A DNA stretch of 64,000 nt from Phoronis australis (Eukaryota > Animalia > Phoronida), in contig NMRA01000164.1 in NCBI GenBank assembly GCA_002633005.1, positions 108,289 to 172,288 on the forward strand. Direction: 5' to 3'. Position 1 is the first letter of the stretch. Each line of letters begins with the position of its first letter. Made by a program: the position numbers and the translations under genes. Shown here piece after piece: positions 10,701 through 25,700 of this stretch. Under the pieces are notes generated by a model. That model was not told where the DNA came from. It saw only the letters and a program-made list of their open reading frames with translations, and did no database searches.

Positions 10701-13700
10701 AGACCGTGTGAGCTCATGCTAATTTAGTGTTTGCTGGCAGAAACTGTTGTGAAACAACTCGATTTCCATCCCACGGCCAGGTGTTTGGGTAATCTTTATT
10801 TACATTAGTCAAATAATGATAGTCAATGTACAACTTCTGCCCTGACGGTGCTGTGGCCAAAGAGGAACCTGAATTCGCGGCCCCCGACAAGTAAATAGAT
10901 TTGCAGTTTCGTGGCTAATTCACCAACATAATCACGTGCACATTACTTTGGCTCACTAGTATAGTATTTTCTTGACTGGAAGTTTAGTTTCCACTGAACT
11001 TTGGCTGATTTATGTTCGTGATGTCTGATCTGGCTCCGAGCCACTGGCCAGGATAACAAGCGTTTTGTGCTTAGAACTCAAAAAATCACAAGTTTAAACA
11101 TCACAGATCTAGATCTCCTGTCTGTATCTTACGGACAATACTTCGAAATTATCTTCGAAGAGACCCCAAACTCCTGTTACGGACCATAATTATTGGCCTG
11201 CTGAACTTTGTAGGCTACAGTGTGTCCATATACCAATAAATCCGTAAGAGCGAAATAAAACATCACGGTTTTTATAAGAACTCAGTCTATTTTCAAGGGT
11301 TTTACATCGAAGTTTGATGATTTATTGGTGTTAAACGATGACTTCAAGCGACAAGCTGACACCAGTAACCCGTGTTGTGAACTGCTGAACAGACTGCGTG
11401 TGAAACCGATGACGTCATTGGATAATTTCAACACCTCCGTCTGCCGTCAGGTGTCATGTAATGCAACCGCACGTGTCGTTATGGAGTAGAACTACTCGAT
11501 CTAAATTGATACAAATTAGGTTGTTTTTTGGGTGGCATGCTCCTTTAAACGGTAAGCAAAGATATACAATTCCAACAGTATCAAAACATCAGGATGATTG
11601 GGCAAACATTACGATGGCCATACACACACACGTACACACGCGCGCGGACACACGCGCGCGGACACACGCGCGCGGACACACACAGGCATGTCAAATTATT
11701 CCTTGTCATAATCAACATACAGCAGATTTCAAAAAAGAATGACTATAAATTTCAAAAAGTTCATTCATGACTACGCTGTAATTGTTTGATGAAATTTGTC
11801 TTACTACCTCATTATGGTAACTACCATTGTTTATGTGCTGTCGTACACAATGAAACCCGTTGGTGAAACACTCTAACCAAGCTGACAATCACTAAAGTAC
11901 GTTAATACTGTTTCTCATCAATTTTTCTCGACTTCTTTGCTGTTCAACAACTCAGCTCACAGTATTCGCCGCACACATCTTCTTAATAAACTACAATGTT
12001 AAAACACTACAACCTCTTCATTTCTTCAATAAGGTCAATAGGATCATTAATTGACATTGCTCAGATTTAGAGCTACAAACGCAACATACCATTAAACCAA
12101 TCGATGGCCGAAGTGGCTGTATGTGAATCTTCATATGTGACTGTGGCCTCGCCTTTACTTGCTTTGGTCACCTTGTCTTTGTATATCCAGATTTTAGGTT
12201 CTCCAGTTCTCTTGTCATTCTGGAATTAAGGTTAAATGAATTTCGAGAATAACTGAAACCACATGTCCGTATTCTGGATGGAACGATTTGCAATTAACTT
12301 AAAGCACAGTGTTTGCAGACTATTTAATATTAAACATACGGTGTTTTCTCTATTAGTTCGTATACTACTGTACGAACTATTTTTCCCTGGAGAGCTTCCT
12401 GTACGAATTAATAGAGACAAAATTGGCCGTACGAAGTATTAGCAAAGAAAGTCGAGTGTTCAAATTATTAGAGATAATGACGGCCTCCAAGAGGGTGGTT
12501 TGGCAATGTGAATTATAACAACAAGTAACAAATTATTTTCCTGGGTGATGGATTCAGTTCAAAATATAATAATTGAAGTCTTTGTCACTTTATTTTCTTC
12601 CCATGTTCGCAAACTTCAGGAACCGCGCCTCCTTCAGAATCTCCGCTTTCTACGATGTCGTCTGCCGCACTTATTTTCCGACTGCAGTGCACTAGAAAAA
12701 ACATGTATTCGAAAAAATCAAGTTACAGAAATCGCAAATGTGACGACGGTTTTGCCAACACTCCCAATTCGATTTAACAGGAAAGCCCTCGATTTTGAAC
12801 AATTCTCATACCTCACGGAAAGGTTTCAAATTCTCCCTATTTTGAAGAAATTCCTCCGACTTAGTTTTCAAGAAATGTAATTTGCCGGGTTACCGAGGTT
12901 GCCGTGGCGACGGAAAGGACAGGGTTAATTTGCTGCTTACGTTACTGGGTATTTTTGTGTGATCTTGAAATAGTAAAATACAAGCCAGGTTTTGTGTTAG
13001 CAGATTTTACCAATGTCGCTGGCAGTTCTTGTTGTGTGCCCTGGAGCTCAATTGATTTCTCGAAACTTAGCTTAGAAGAGCAGTTGGTGCTTACCGTATT
13101 TCCTAAAAAATCAAAGGTGTTATAGACGAATACTATATGTGAATGTTTGTGGTAATAAGAAACTAAATGACTGCAATAGTAAGAAATGCTATTACGATAC
13201 AATTTCTTAGGGCAAACTGCTCTGCCTAGGCCTGTCTGTGTAGATATAGATTCCACCTACCTGTATAGCCACCCGGAATAATTTTGTTTCTACACTGGCC
13301 AGCTTCAGCCGGAACAAAATTCTTCCCATAGAATCGAGCCTGAAAAATCTACCTGGTCGCTTGGCAACCCAGGGAATGAATATTGGCGCTAGTGGGCAGG
13401 GGATTGCTAGGAGGTGACTACGGGCCTGGAATATCGAGCCTAGAGCCACGCGGTTCTGGGGAACATTGGGCCCAAGGAACATTGCAAAGCAACGGGTCTT
13501 TTATAACCCCAGGGGTCTAAGTTCATTGTCAAGTAAATTAACACCTGGGTCGCTGAAACTTATCTGGTACAGCTTTTAAATACGCACATAGTTCTACTCA
13601 TGTCACGAGACCACTGTGGCCATAAATTTAATCCTTATGGCTCTGCAACATGTGAAGATTGCACGCACACACTTCGCCACATGAGAATAGTTGCAATCAA

Positions 13701-16700
13701 ACTGGAGCACTGTATAGTCATTTGTCGTCTGCGCACTACAGTCACCGGAATCAGCTCTAACAAGACTACAGGACGGCACGGTACTGTTACGCCGAACTTT
13801 TGTAGATTTATTCGCGTAGTACTAATCTAGTGAGGGTAACAGAGCCTTGTTGGGAAAATCCGCTGTTAAGACAATTTTACCGCCATTTGGTGACACACTG
13901 GAAAATCTTATCGCTATTTCCACATTTTCTATCACCAAAAATGGCGATCTGAAAAACGACTTTTTGAGCTCTATGCTAGCGTAGTAAAGCAAATGACAGA
14001 TTCCGATCACCTGAATAGAACTGGTGCTTATGGATTTGTGTTCTTTTATAAGAATGAAAATTTCCATTTTACCGATCCAAAAAGCTTGTACGAATCATCT
14101 TTTCCGACGCAAATATGTGTACGAACTATTTTTCACGCGGACGCCTACTGTACGAACTATTGGAGACGAGTACATGTTTCAAGGGTCCTGTACGAACTAA
14201 TAGAGTGTACGAATTCATAGAGAAAACACCGGAATCTAAGAAGAAACACTTTAATAACTAATATATACTGATAACAACCAAAATAGGAAAAGTAACACTG
14301 GGAACAACACTAACCTTGATAATTCCGATTGAACCAAAGAAATCACGGATCTCATTCATGGTAATCTCTGATCCCATTCCAGTGACGAATATTGTGTCGA
14401 GCTGAGTTTCCATCTTACGATCTGTGATAGAATTTTGCAAAGGCAAATAAGAAATTACATAGTGTGACAGACTATAGGCACAACTAGACAATAAAAAATC
14501 CCTTATGCTACGTTAGCAAGACCCAGGAAAATACAATATTTTCACTCCAAATATAAGGCTATGTGTAACTTCGGAACAGGGGCCAGTAAATGGAAAATAT
14601 GCTAACCACAAGAAATTATTTGTCAATTATCCTGTCATGCGTTTCATAGATACGGTGAGCAAAGCAAAATACTAATTTAACAGAAACACATGAAAAAAGT
14701 CTTAAATGGTACCTTTAGATTTGCCATTTATCTAAGTTTTTAAAGTTTTTGAAACCAGTTGGGCGGTTTTCGAGTTATAGAGCCTCAAAAAAGGCTTTTT
14801 CAGCAAACAGCACCCAGAAATTTCAGGCCACAGAAAATAGCAAATTTAGACACCTATAATTGGGAATCCTTAGTTTACTGTTTTCCTTAAAACAAGATGG
14901 AGAGTACTTTACAAGTAGGTTAACAACATGGCATCAACACCAAACCAAAAACTATATTTTGCACAAACTATAACAATTGAAAGTTCACATTCGCCAGGAT
15001 ATTTTTGTCCTTGAAACTAAGTTGAACAAGTGATGTTTTGAGAAGAGAGCAAATTATTACTTTGAAAATGAGAGAACACTTCAAGAATTACTACTGTGCA
15101 TTACTGTTGAAGTGCGTGAGTAAAAATAAGGCACACACACTAGCCTATGGAAAACATTGATAGCCGCGCCGTTCCAGCATATTTGTTGCAGTTTTTATGC
15201 CTGCGACCTGTTTAGATTTTCAGATGTGGAGAACACTGTCAATCATGAAGGAAATTTCTGCAATTTCTTTTCTTTAAGAACAATCTGAATCCCAGGCTTG
15301 ACCATTTGGCCAACATCATGATATAAATAACCAAGCTGAACGAAGCGAGTCAGCCACCAATCACAGAACCCGATTCTAACACTTTAGGTCGGGTGGAAGA
15401 ATATATTGATCAAAGCCGTCTCTTGATTAGGAAATTTTCATGAGAATGAAAATAGTAGACGGATAGTAACCCTAACGTCCAGCGCTACTTTTTTATAAGG
15501 TGAATATGTGCAGTATGCCATTTAATTACTTGTGTGTCAGTCTCTGCATACCTTCACCGTACCATCGGTGCAAAATACTCACCTCCGTTATTCCACTGGC
15601 TGTTTCCACCACCGCCGCCACCACCTGTAATACAGAGAATATACACCACTTAAAACAGGAGACTACAATGGCGTGTTGATGTCACCAATCATACCTGGCC
15701 TTTTGATGGGGTCTTTTAACTATGTTTTCAAGAATCCAAACTACAATATAAAAGTAAGGCTCAATTATATGTATTTGTGAAGAGTGAGAAGCACAACTTG
15801 GGTGATTTAAGAAACATTGTTAAAAGACCATCCAGCAAACACGGAGTTAATGCGGTAAAACGTAGACAGTTTCACCCACAAATATTTCATAAAACTGACC
15901 ATTTCACTACTAACGTTTTTGTGAATGGCCACAATATCTGTCTTGATGATAGCTTTTGTTTTAAGAAAAAATAGAATGTCCCTTGTTCGTCAAAAAGAAG
16001 TCTAAATTGTAGAGACTTTGCCATAGAAATCGCAATTTGATTAAATCCGAAAGTTACCACTCAGCAATATTCTCAAAGTTCATGACAATATCAGCTTAAG
16101 TCCAGCACCCATAAATAAACAGGCAAAAGTAAACGACGACATAACATTGCCCATTACCAGCTTTCGTGAACTGCACGATAGACAAGGTTGTACATATTTT
16201 TAGGTTGACGCACAAACTTACAAGCATCCAGTACTTGTAATCTTGAAGGCAAATAAACAATCATACAACCAGTGACATCAACACTCGTTAAGCTTTCTTA
16301 GTGTTGCCCATTCAAACTTTAAGATAGACTAAAGTGATACCTTGATAAAAGAATGTGCAACGTTCTAATCACATGCGTAGTAGATGTAAGTTCTGTTTGC
16401 ATCCTTCATATTACCACCTTTGTACACCAAAACACACTGGCTGCTCAGTCATTTCATTTTACACTTTATTAAATGCAGTTCGCAAATTTTTGTCTCTCTA
16501 TTTATCGTTTTTAAACAAGACCCTTTCTCGGCAGTAAGCCTAACCATTCATTACATTTTGACAATTTATGGCATTGCCATGCTGAAACTGATGCTCAAAA
16601 TATTGTTACGACCAAATTCACATTAATTTTGTTACCACTTAAAGTAGGCTTTAGCATCAGATTTCCAGTTTCCACTTAATTCTAAATGGCTATACAGGAT

Positions 16701-19700
16701 GGTCACTTAACTACCACTAGCCAATACACCAATCAAGTTTTAACAATTTTAAGCAGACAATAATACATCGCCTTTCCAATTTCAAGTCAACACTTAACAG
16801 CACCGACTCGCTAACCATTTTCCAAGTGAACCAAATGCTTTGCATCACATTATACACTCTTTCACCATAGCCCTTGTATTAACTCGCGTCTTTGGCCTTT
16901 ACCAGTTTAAATTTCAACGTTAATTTTGGTTGCCAATATTAATTATTTATCATAAAATCCTGCACAAATTTTCAATTACTGTACAGTATGTCAAGGTTAA
17001 AATTCTTTTTATAGTACCAACACAGGGACACTCAAATACCATGCCGTTACACCTGCAGCGTGATTCTTGGGTACAAGGGAATACATTTGACCACCTAACT
17101 AGAATTCACACCCATGAAATACCTTCTCTGGAGTATGATTTTTGTTTATTTAGAATACCCTGATGCACACTATAATTCAAACACAATAAACCAAAAGCCC
17201 CGATGTAAAAAAGAGTTGAGGCAGTGATTTTCTCATCCAGTACTCTGCATAATCTCGAATTAGACCACTTGTTGGTGGAACAAACCTGATTAATTAAACA
17301 GCAGTGTGCCAAAACAGTTTGAATGCTAGCTATGCGGTAAATCACTAAAGAAAAGTCTTTCTCGCTCGTTCATAGTAACTGACATATTACATTTACACGG
17401 ATTGCTACGAACGTAGTCCAAAGCTCAGTAACCATTTTGCCTGGCGTGTGTAGCACATCAAGCTATGAGCCAAGCTAAACATCACTTAAGGCAGACAGCA
17501 GAGCTAGTAGCTCCACATGTCTCTCATCCTAACACAAGGTCGACTGCAAAACCTTTAATACACTTCATATTGAAATCGACAAGTTGAAAAGTGTACCTGT
17601 CTGTTGGTTATTATAGTGAACCGTTTTACCCAATTAGTACTGTTCCTTCAGGTCCAAGCTTTAGCTGGACTTCTTCAGCATTGATTATTGCTTAGTAGTG
17701 TTTGGTTTCTTATAAATACATGCTACTTTCAGAGGAAATTTGTGGGCACACATCACTGTACTATGAATTCCACGCACAGAACAATTAAAATTTACCCAAA
17801 GCACTGAACAATACATAAAAGACAAAGATGGTACGCTATTTGGGAAGACAGTGAACTCAAGTAAATCAAAATTTCCCCTCAACTTCTCACGTCATTTTAC
17901 TAGCCAAATGTAGCATGTTAGCCTAAAAACGCACCCTGTGCACAAAAATAGTAACCATTTACTTTACTTCGGAGAGTCTTCCCAAAAGCGACCCGGTACA
18001 TACGGTACCGTCAACTTACCACCATACTTATTGTAACCGCCTCTACCGCCGCTGAAACAGATTAACAAGTGAGGCCCAGTTCTGTGTCACCCCATACTCG
18101 CCCCCATGTAAAATGGAAGTTCGTATAGCAGAGGACTCTTGTCTTGAAGGTACTGTCATCAGCACCCTAGTCACTGGCTAGCTCCAGTGATCACCAGTCA
18201 TGTAGTAGAACACTGTTTACTCAGCCACGTTCTGGAGTTAACCCCCTCTGTGAGAAACCTATGCAATGTTACCCTTTGGTTTTCTCAAAGACCAATGCCA
18301 ATCAAGTCGCCAATAAGGAGGGCTAACATGACATTTTATTTGCACAGTCTTTTATGCTTTGTATTGCAGACTTTCTAGCCTATAAATTTTGAAATATGCA
18401 AAGTCACTTTATTTATGCTCACATACTTTCTCATGTTAGCATTCCAGTTTTAATAAAGACCAAAAGTAAGGGTAGTACCCAAAATGGTCACAGGCACATT
18501 AGTGAAAATATAACGCATTTTTAATAACACCGAAGCCATGCAACTTCAGCTATGCTTATAATTTTTCATATTCAGTCTTAAGGACCGCCAACGTGAGTTA
18601 CGGTTACAGCCTTCGCGAGTCACGTTCACAAACCGAGCTCAACTTACAAGACTGGATATACAATCCTTGATAACACGAGACCTAAATGTTCGCATTTTCA
18701 GTCGGGTGGCACTTGAAAAAATCACCTCACGGATTTTGTTTTTTCTAAGTTAATCCCACCAACAGTTTTTGAAACGAACAACACTTTGGTAATTAATTGG
18801 CATTTGGGATACTGCCAACATATAGTACAAACTCTATTAGGTGACAGGTCTTTCCAGTGGGCACCCACGATGTTTTCAACAGAACAAATCAGAATCTTTT
18901 TCACCCATGTTGATTTTGATGCCACCTATAACACCAAAGTCTTTCAAAATGCATAAATATCAGTGCTTTTTTAAACTGGTTACAATAATTATCCAGTGCC
19001 AGGCACTGCTCTACCACCCTTGTTACAAGAGCAACGCAGAGCATTGAAATGCACCCACAAATGCACCGCTAACGTTGTGCTTCTAGGGGTGTCTATTTGG
19101 AACATAAAAATTTGCAACCGGATGGCACAAAATATGTCGAATCCATCTGAAAACTTGTATGTGTCATCAAAGCTATTTACCAAATTTCACAAAAATCTGT
19201 CAAGAAACTTCTGAGAAAACAGGAAAATGACAAAATGAAATTGCCACTAAGAGGCTAAAGCGTAAATAAACATAAATGCCACAAAGAAGCACCAAAGTAG
19301 ATAAAGTCGTCGGAAAATCATTGTCAGACTTCCTCTTCCCATTAGGAACATAAATGCCTATTTCCACAACCATCCTTAGAGTGGTTTGGTGGACAGAAAG
19401 GTAGACATCAAATGACAAGACTCGAAAACTGTAAAAAAGGCCACAAGGTGGCGCAAAATGCCTCGAATATTACCGAAAACAGGATGATAGCATCACCTCA
19501 CTAATAGATGCATAATTGCAAAATTTTATGAAAATCCATAGACGATCCTTTAAGATACAGAGGTAAACGTAAAAAACTAAAATTGCCACTAGGGGCACAC
19601 TGGCAGACCGATCCATCCGAAAGTCGTCGTCCTCTGTAGTCAACTTTATATAAATACACCAGCAACATTAAAAAAAGATCCTGTAAAGCATTTAGGAGAT

Positions 19701-22700
19701 ACAGCCATGGGCGCAAAAACAAACAAAACTGCCACTAGGAGGTGCCATAGTATTCCAAGTCATCGGAAAATCATCGCCAGCTGCCCTCTTCACAGTTAAG
19801 AATATATATGCCAACTTTCAAAATCATACCTAGAGCGGTTTGATTGATAGAACGGCAGACGCCAAAAAACAGACTCGAAAACAGTAAAAATGGCCACTAG
19901 GCGGCGAAAAGTACCCCGAATCCATCCGAAAATGGGAGGACGGCATCATCTCACTAATAGATGTCTAACTTCCAAATTTTATCAAATTACGTTGAGGACA
20001 TCCGAAGATACAGAGGTAAGCGTAAAAAATAAAATTGCCACCAGGGGGCACACCTGCAGTCAGAGAGGTCTGAAATTCGTCGTCGTCTGTTGTCAGCTTC
20101 ATAGGAACACATCTGCCAAATCTCATCAAGATCCTTTGAGGGGTTTAGGAGATATAGCTGCGGACGCCGGACGCCCGGACAGACAGAGATGATGACAATA
20201 TTCTACCACATACAAATATGTGGGCGCATAAAAAGGACACAAGTCAGTTGTAAGACCAAACTAGCACATTTTTGTCATTATTGTTGGTAACGCAGGCTAC
20301 AAGATAGCAAAATCCGGTGGTTTTGTGATTGCATAAGAAATCCTCAATTCCTGTCAAGAGCTTCCAGTTATTCGACAGTGTTAACTTAATTACATGTTAA
20401 CTTAATTACATTTAAAATACTCGTTACTAGCCGCATTGGCTTTTACCTCTAGTAACATAGTGTGGGACTGTGACAGCTGAAGTAGTGGGTCACTTTAAAT
20501 GATACAAATCAACAGTTACATCAGTACGTGTCCTAAGCAAGCTTCATCACCTTCACTCCATCTAGAATTAACTGCTATGTCATTATCTATCGAAATAAAA
20601 ATTTGAACACAAGATGGCACTGTATTGACTATTTTTCAAATCTTCACTCCAATAGTCGTTTTTCTGAAATTTGGTATGTAGATAGATCTCGCCAAGTGTT
20701 GTAAACTGATGCCATTGAGGTTTTTTCATTTTCAAGGATTGCTCTTTTACTGAACATTATTCTTTGCTACACACATGCTTTATTATGTCAAACATCCATT
20801 CATCAGCATCGACCTTCATTATCATCACTGTCGTCATTTATCTTTCAATTAAACATATAATTTGAAAATTATTAAAGATACTCCTTGCACTTATTTTCAG
20901 TTAAATATTCACGAAAGTAATTTGACTGTAAACAAGTCTAGTTTGGACTAATTTCCAAATGATCTCGTTCAACACATTTTGAAAATTACCGAGATTCAGA
21001 CATGGAATTTAAAAAAAATAATTTTGGAGTATCAGATTGTACAGCAACAAAAGGCCACCATTAGTCGAATAACGTTGAACTTTGCTTTTCATGAATTGCC
21101 AGTGACAAAGGGAAGTCCTTGTTCAAGTGTACTTTATTACCGTAAACGTTCGGATTAACGTCCTGGGCAGTTTAAATTGGCAAACCCAAAAAATCGGGGG
21201 TGGGCGGTTAACCAGACATGGGTGCTTAAACATGAAATTTCAAGAAATGCAGGGTGGGTGGTTAACTGAACATGGGCGCTTATCACGATACTAAACCGCC
21301 CTGGGCGGTTAATCTTACCTCACGACAGACGTACTTGGAACGCGTAGCACTTTTCAAAGAGCTTTATCGTCACGTCGGTAAAAATGTCATTAACAGCATA
21401 TGATCCCAACAAATGTTCTTTTGCCCTCAGATTGGTCATTCACAATTAAATTTACAAAATTAGTCAGCAATAGTCCAGTGCCGCCCTGTGATCTTATTAG
21501 AGATGTAATGCGCCGACGACCAGTAACAAGAACTTGGATTGCAACTGTTCTCGCGCGATGACACTGCGCGCGTGCGAGCTTCACCAGTTGAAGAGGTCAC
21601 AGCAGACATCAAATTTATTCTGTCAAGTTCTGAGTCAGACATGTAATAAAAGTTTGAAAAGCTAACACAGTTGTTTGGGATGTTTATATTTAAGAATTCC
21701 TGTCTCAATGACATTTTCAACGTATGGTTCTGCGGCTAGCTGTTTTATCTCGACCGCGTGGCGTGGCTCACTTTCAGTTGCGTGAAACATGCCACGCAAA
21801 GACAAAAATCGGGGGTAAGCAGACACGAGCCAGTAGTCAATCAAAAGTTACCGCAATGACATTACTCAAAAACTAGCATTTGACAAAAATTTTATTTTAA
21901 AAAATACTAACATTATGACTGGGGATGAGTCTAGTGAGCGCGTGAGTCCGAGGAAAAATTAATTGTTCACAATCGTATCTGTGGCTTTAAAAAATAATTC
22001 ATAGATGAAGCCCCAATTATTAGGGTAACCGGCACCTGTGGTTTGCGCGGCTATACGACTTAAATTAGTGAAGAGCTCCAACCGGCAAAGCTGCCTTACC
22101 GAGTCAATGTTGTTGCAACCGGGACTCCGCACTCAGCATTGCGAACTGAAGGTCGCATTGGCGACCTGAAATTTGGAAATGCAAGCCAACATTATGGTCG
22201 TCTTGTATCTAGCCGAATCATGCCACCTGGAATTCCAACGCATGTGAGCCAATTTTTAGCGGAAAATAAAAACCTGGCAAACATAAAGCAACTCGTGTGA
22301 ATCTGTCCTTTATTTGGTAGTGCCAAATCAAGTTGAACACTTACAGAGAACAAACAACCCTCTCATTGACATGTAAACAAGTCGCGTGAACACGAATGTA
22401 ATTAAGAACCTATCTGTGACACGTTTCAATGGCTAACGTTTCGGTTACTTTTGCAATTTTTCGGATACGCCGAAGAAAATTTCGAACTGCGGCATAAATA
22501 TGTGATAAAGATCACAAAGCAGCGATGCTTCTATTCATTCTTAAATGACCAACTTACCAAACTTTGTGGAGGAAAATTATTTATTTACACGCAATATGTA
22601 CAGATTATCCTAATATAATATCACCTACAATATTGCACTACAGCACTGGTCAGTCCTGCTGTTTGCGCGCAATATGCTGCAGACAATCGCGACTTGGAAA

Positions 22701-25700
22701 TGCCGTAGAGTAATATATAGACCAGTCTTTCAATTACTCGTGTCGATTTTCTGTGGCAAAAGACAGCGGCGATATTTAGCACGCGATCTGATCGAGTCAC
22801 CTGTCACTCACATATGTTGTTGTCAAGGTAATATACACTCCAGAGTGTGGGAACTTGAGCGCATGCAACACTCCAACGTCGCACAAGATCAAAGGAGAAC
22901 AGCGACAGTCCTAAGTAAAGGGGTATACCCACATGACTGCACGTTTAAGTTGTTGTTATAAAAGACCCGGTGTTCTACGATATTCCTGACTGTTCCAATA
23001 ACCAACTGCGATGTCAAGTCTGTTCGAATATTTCCCGACTTGATGTTCCCTAGGCCCGATGTTCTATGCCCGTAGCTAGCTGCGTGCGCGTCATTACCAC
23101 TGTTGGCAATTTTCAGTCAGTCTGCGTCGCAGATATTTCAGACTCGAATGGTAAGAATTTTGTTCAGGCTGAAACTAGCCAATGTCGAAACAAAAATCTT
23201 CGGAAAGCTAAAAAGGGTAGGTGAATACGATAATTAACTCACAGTCACGCCTAGGCGGGAGTTGTCGCAAGAAATCGTAGTTATAAATAACCACCAGCGA
23301 CATTGGCGAAATCTGCTAACGCCAGTTTGACTGGGATATAAGCGAAAAACAAAATGACATGCAGTTTTTTATTACTTCAAGATGATACACAAAGATCCAG
23401 TAACGTATTGCCAACCTTTGAATTCAGAAATTCAGAAACAGCAAATCGGTGAGGCACACTGTCCATTAGGTCGCCACACATCCTTGATAACCTGGCAATA
23501 ACATTCATCAAAATGGGGAGAATTTGACATCTTTCCGCGTGAGTTATGGGAAATCTTCAAAATACGAGAGCTTCCCACCTAAAGCGAACTGGAAGGGTTG
23601 GCAAAACCACTGCCACATTTCTCTGGCCTGATTTTTTTGAACATATGTTTTATCTAGTGCACTGCAGACGGAAACTCGGCACGGGTGACTGCGTCGCTAA
23701 AAGTGGAGGTATTGAAGCCGGCGAGGTTCTTAATCTTTGTGAACATGGGAAGATTATATTTTGAAGTAAATCCATGACTGGACAACAATTTTTTACTTGT
23801 ATTACAATTTACATTGCCAAACCGCCGGCTCCGAGACCGTCGTTGCACTCATTGTGATCATCGATCTAAAAGTCAGGGAATCGCGCGTTGCTTTAGCACT
23901 GGGCGCCAAATCTTCAATCTTTAAAAGTCGGGGATGGGTGCTTAACCGAGAGGTAGGCACTTAACTGGAAATCTTCAAAAATCGCAGAGGGTGCATGCTT
24001 AACCGAGCAGTGGGCGGTTAAATCGAAAATCCACTTAATGTGGGGGATGGGCGGTTAACTGTGCATGGGAGTTAACCCGAATGTTTACGGTAAATGTTCC
24101 CAGTTATATCTCTCGGTAAACGAAAAAGGGTCTTTAAAGGAAAATGACACCAGATTTAATTAGTTTTTTTACTGTCTTCATCGGTTTATATCCACCATCG
24201 CCTCTTATACGGCCGACCTCACCTTGTCAAGAGGTGTTGCGTTAACCTGTGAGGAAGGTGAGAAACGACACGGCGACGTCAGTGGCTCGACTGCAGCTAG
24301 AATGCCGCTATATTGCGGTGCATCGTTCCCGCTTGTTCGAACTATGAAGCTGCGAAGAAAGCGGGTATATCGTTTTTTCGACTTCCTCGAGAGCCCGAAG
24401 TGCTTAGGAATTGGCTCGCGGTAATGAAGCATGAAAAGTACGCTGTCAATAGCACGTATGAGGCCGTGAAACATCTCTGTGTCTGTGGCCGGCATTTCGT
24501 CGACAGTGATTTCTCTGACGAATTCCGGCTTACCAAAGAACTATCCATACGTTCCGTTGCATGTTCACGGCACCTCTCTAGTATTTCTTGATCAGTGTAT
24601 TCCGGTTCAAACTGATAGCCTGTGAAACCTAACGATCCGACCCGTGAAGTCTTCATCGGATGAGCTCTTGACTAAGTTGGGATTGGTGCCGGGCGAGTTG
24701 CCATGTAGACATTTATTATTCTGCGTTCTGTTTCAAAATGAATTATTCTCACCCTAACCAATGCTTATAAAAAACTGAAACAAAGTCTGTCTCATTAAAT
24801 ACACCTTGTAATGCCTTTGCAGTATTCGTGAGTGCAAATGTTGAGAAGCCAGCAATCAATGAACCACTGCATTACCGGCTTTTGATGCCAGCAATAAAGG
24901 CAATTGGGCGGACACTGAGGCCGCTTGAGCACATGCTAATTAAGTGCTTGCTGACAGAAAGCTGTTGTGAAACAATTACTCAATTTTATATGCTATGGTC
25001 ACATGTTAGGGGAATCTTTATTTAGAAATACAAATACATTATTCAAATCATTGTTACAGTACAACTTTTGCCCTGACGGTCTGTGGAAGGGGAACCCGAC
25101 TTCGTGGCCCTGACAAGTAGATTTTCAGTTTCATGGCTAATTCACATAAATGATTACGTGCACATTATTTCTTTGGCTCACTATCATAGTCTTTTCGTGA
25201 CTGGAGGTTTAATTTCAAACTCAAGCTGGTTTATACTCATGCCAGTCCCGGCGGCCGCGACAGGCCTGATCGGGTTCCGAGCCACTGACCGGGATAACGA
25301 GTCAGTCCGGCTGCGACGGACCTGATTGGGTTCCGAGCCACTGGCCGGGATAACAAGCATTTTGTGTGTTTAGAAATCAAAAAATCACAAGTCTAAACAA
25401 CACAGATCTAGGTTCTGCTGTCTGCATTTCACGGAAGAATACTTCGAATTTATCTCCGAACAGACCCCTGAAACTCCTGCTACGGACCTTGGTAAATTGG
25501 CCTGCCGAACTTTGTAGGCTACGGTGTGTCCAGATACCAATAAATCCGTAACACCGAAATAAAACAACACATTTTTATAAGAACTCGGTGTATTTTTAAG
25601 GGGTTTACTTCCAAGTTAGATGATTTATTGCTGTTAAACGATGAATTCAAGCAATAAGCTGACACCAGTAACCCAGGTTGTGAACTACTGAACAGACTGC

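Noticed and set aside
18090-18162. Box C/D snoRNA explaining the conserved block (TGATGA on -)
   Set aside because: No CTGA D box at suitable spacing and no terminal stem. A snoRNA scan would settle it.
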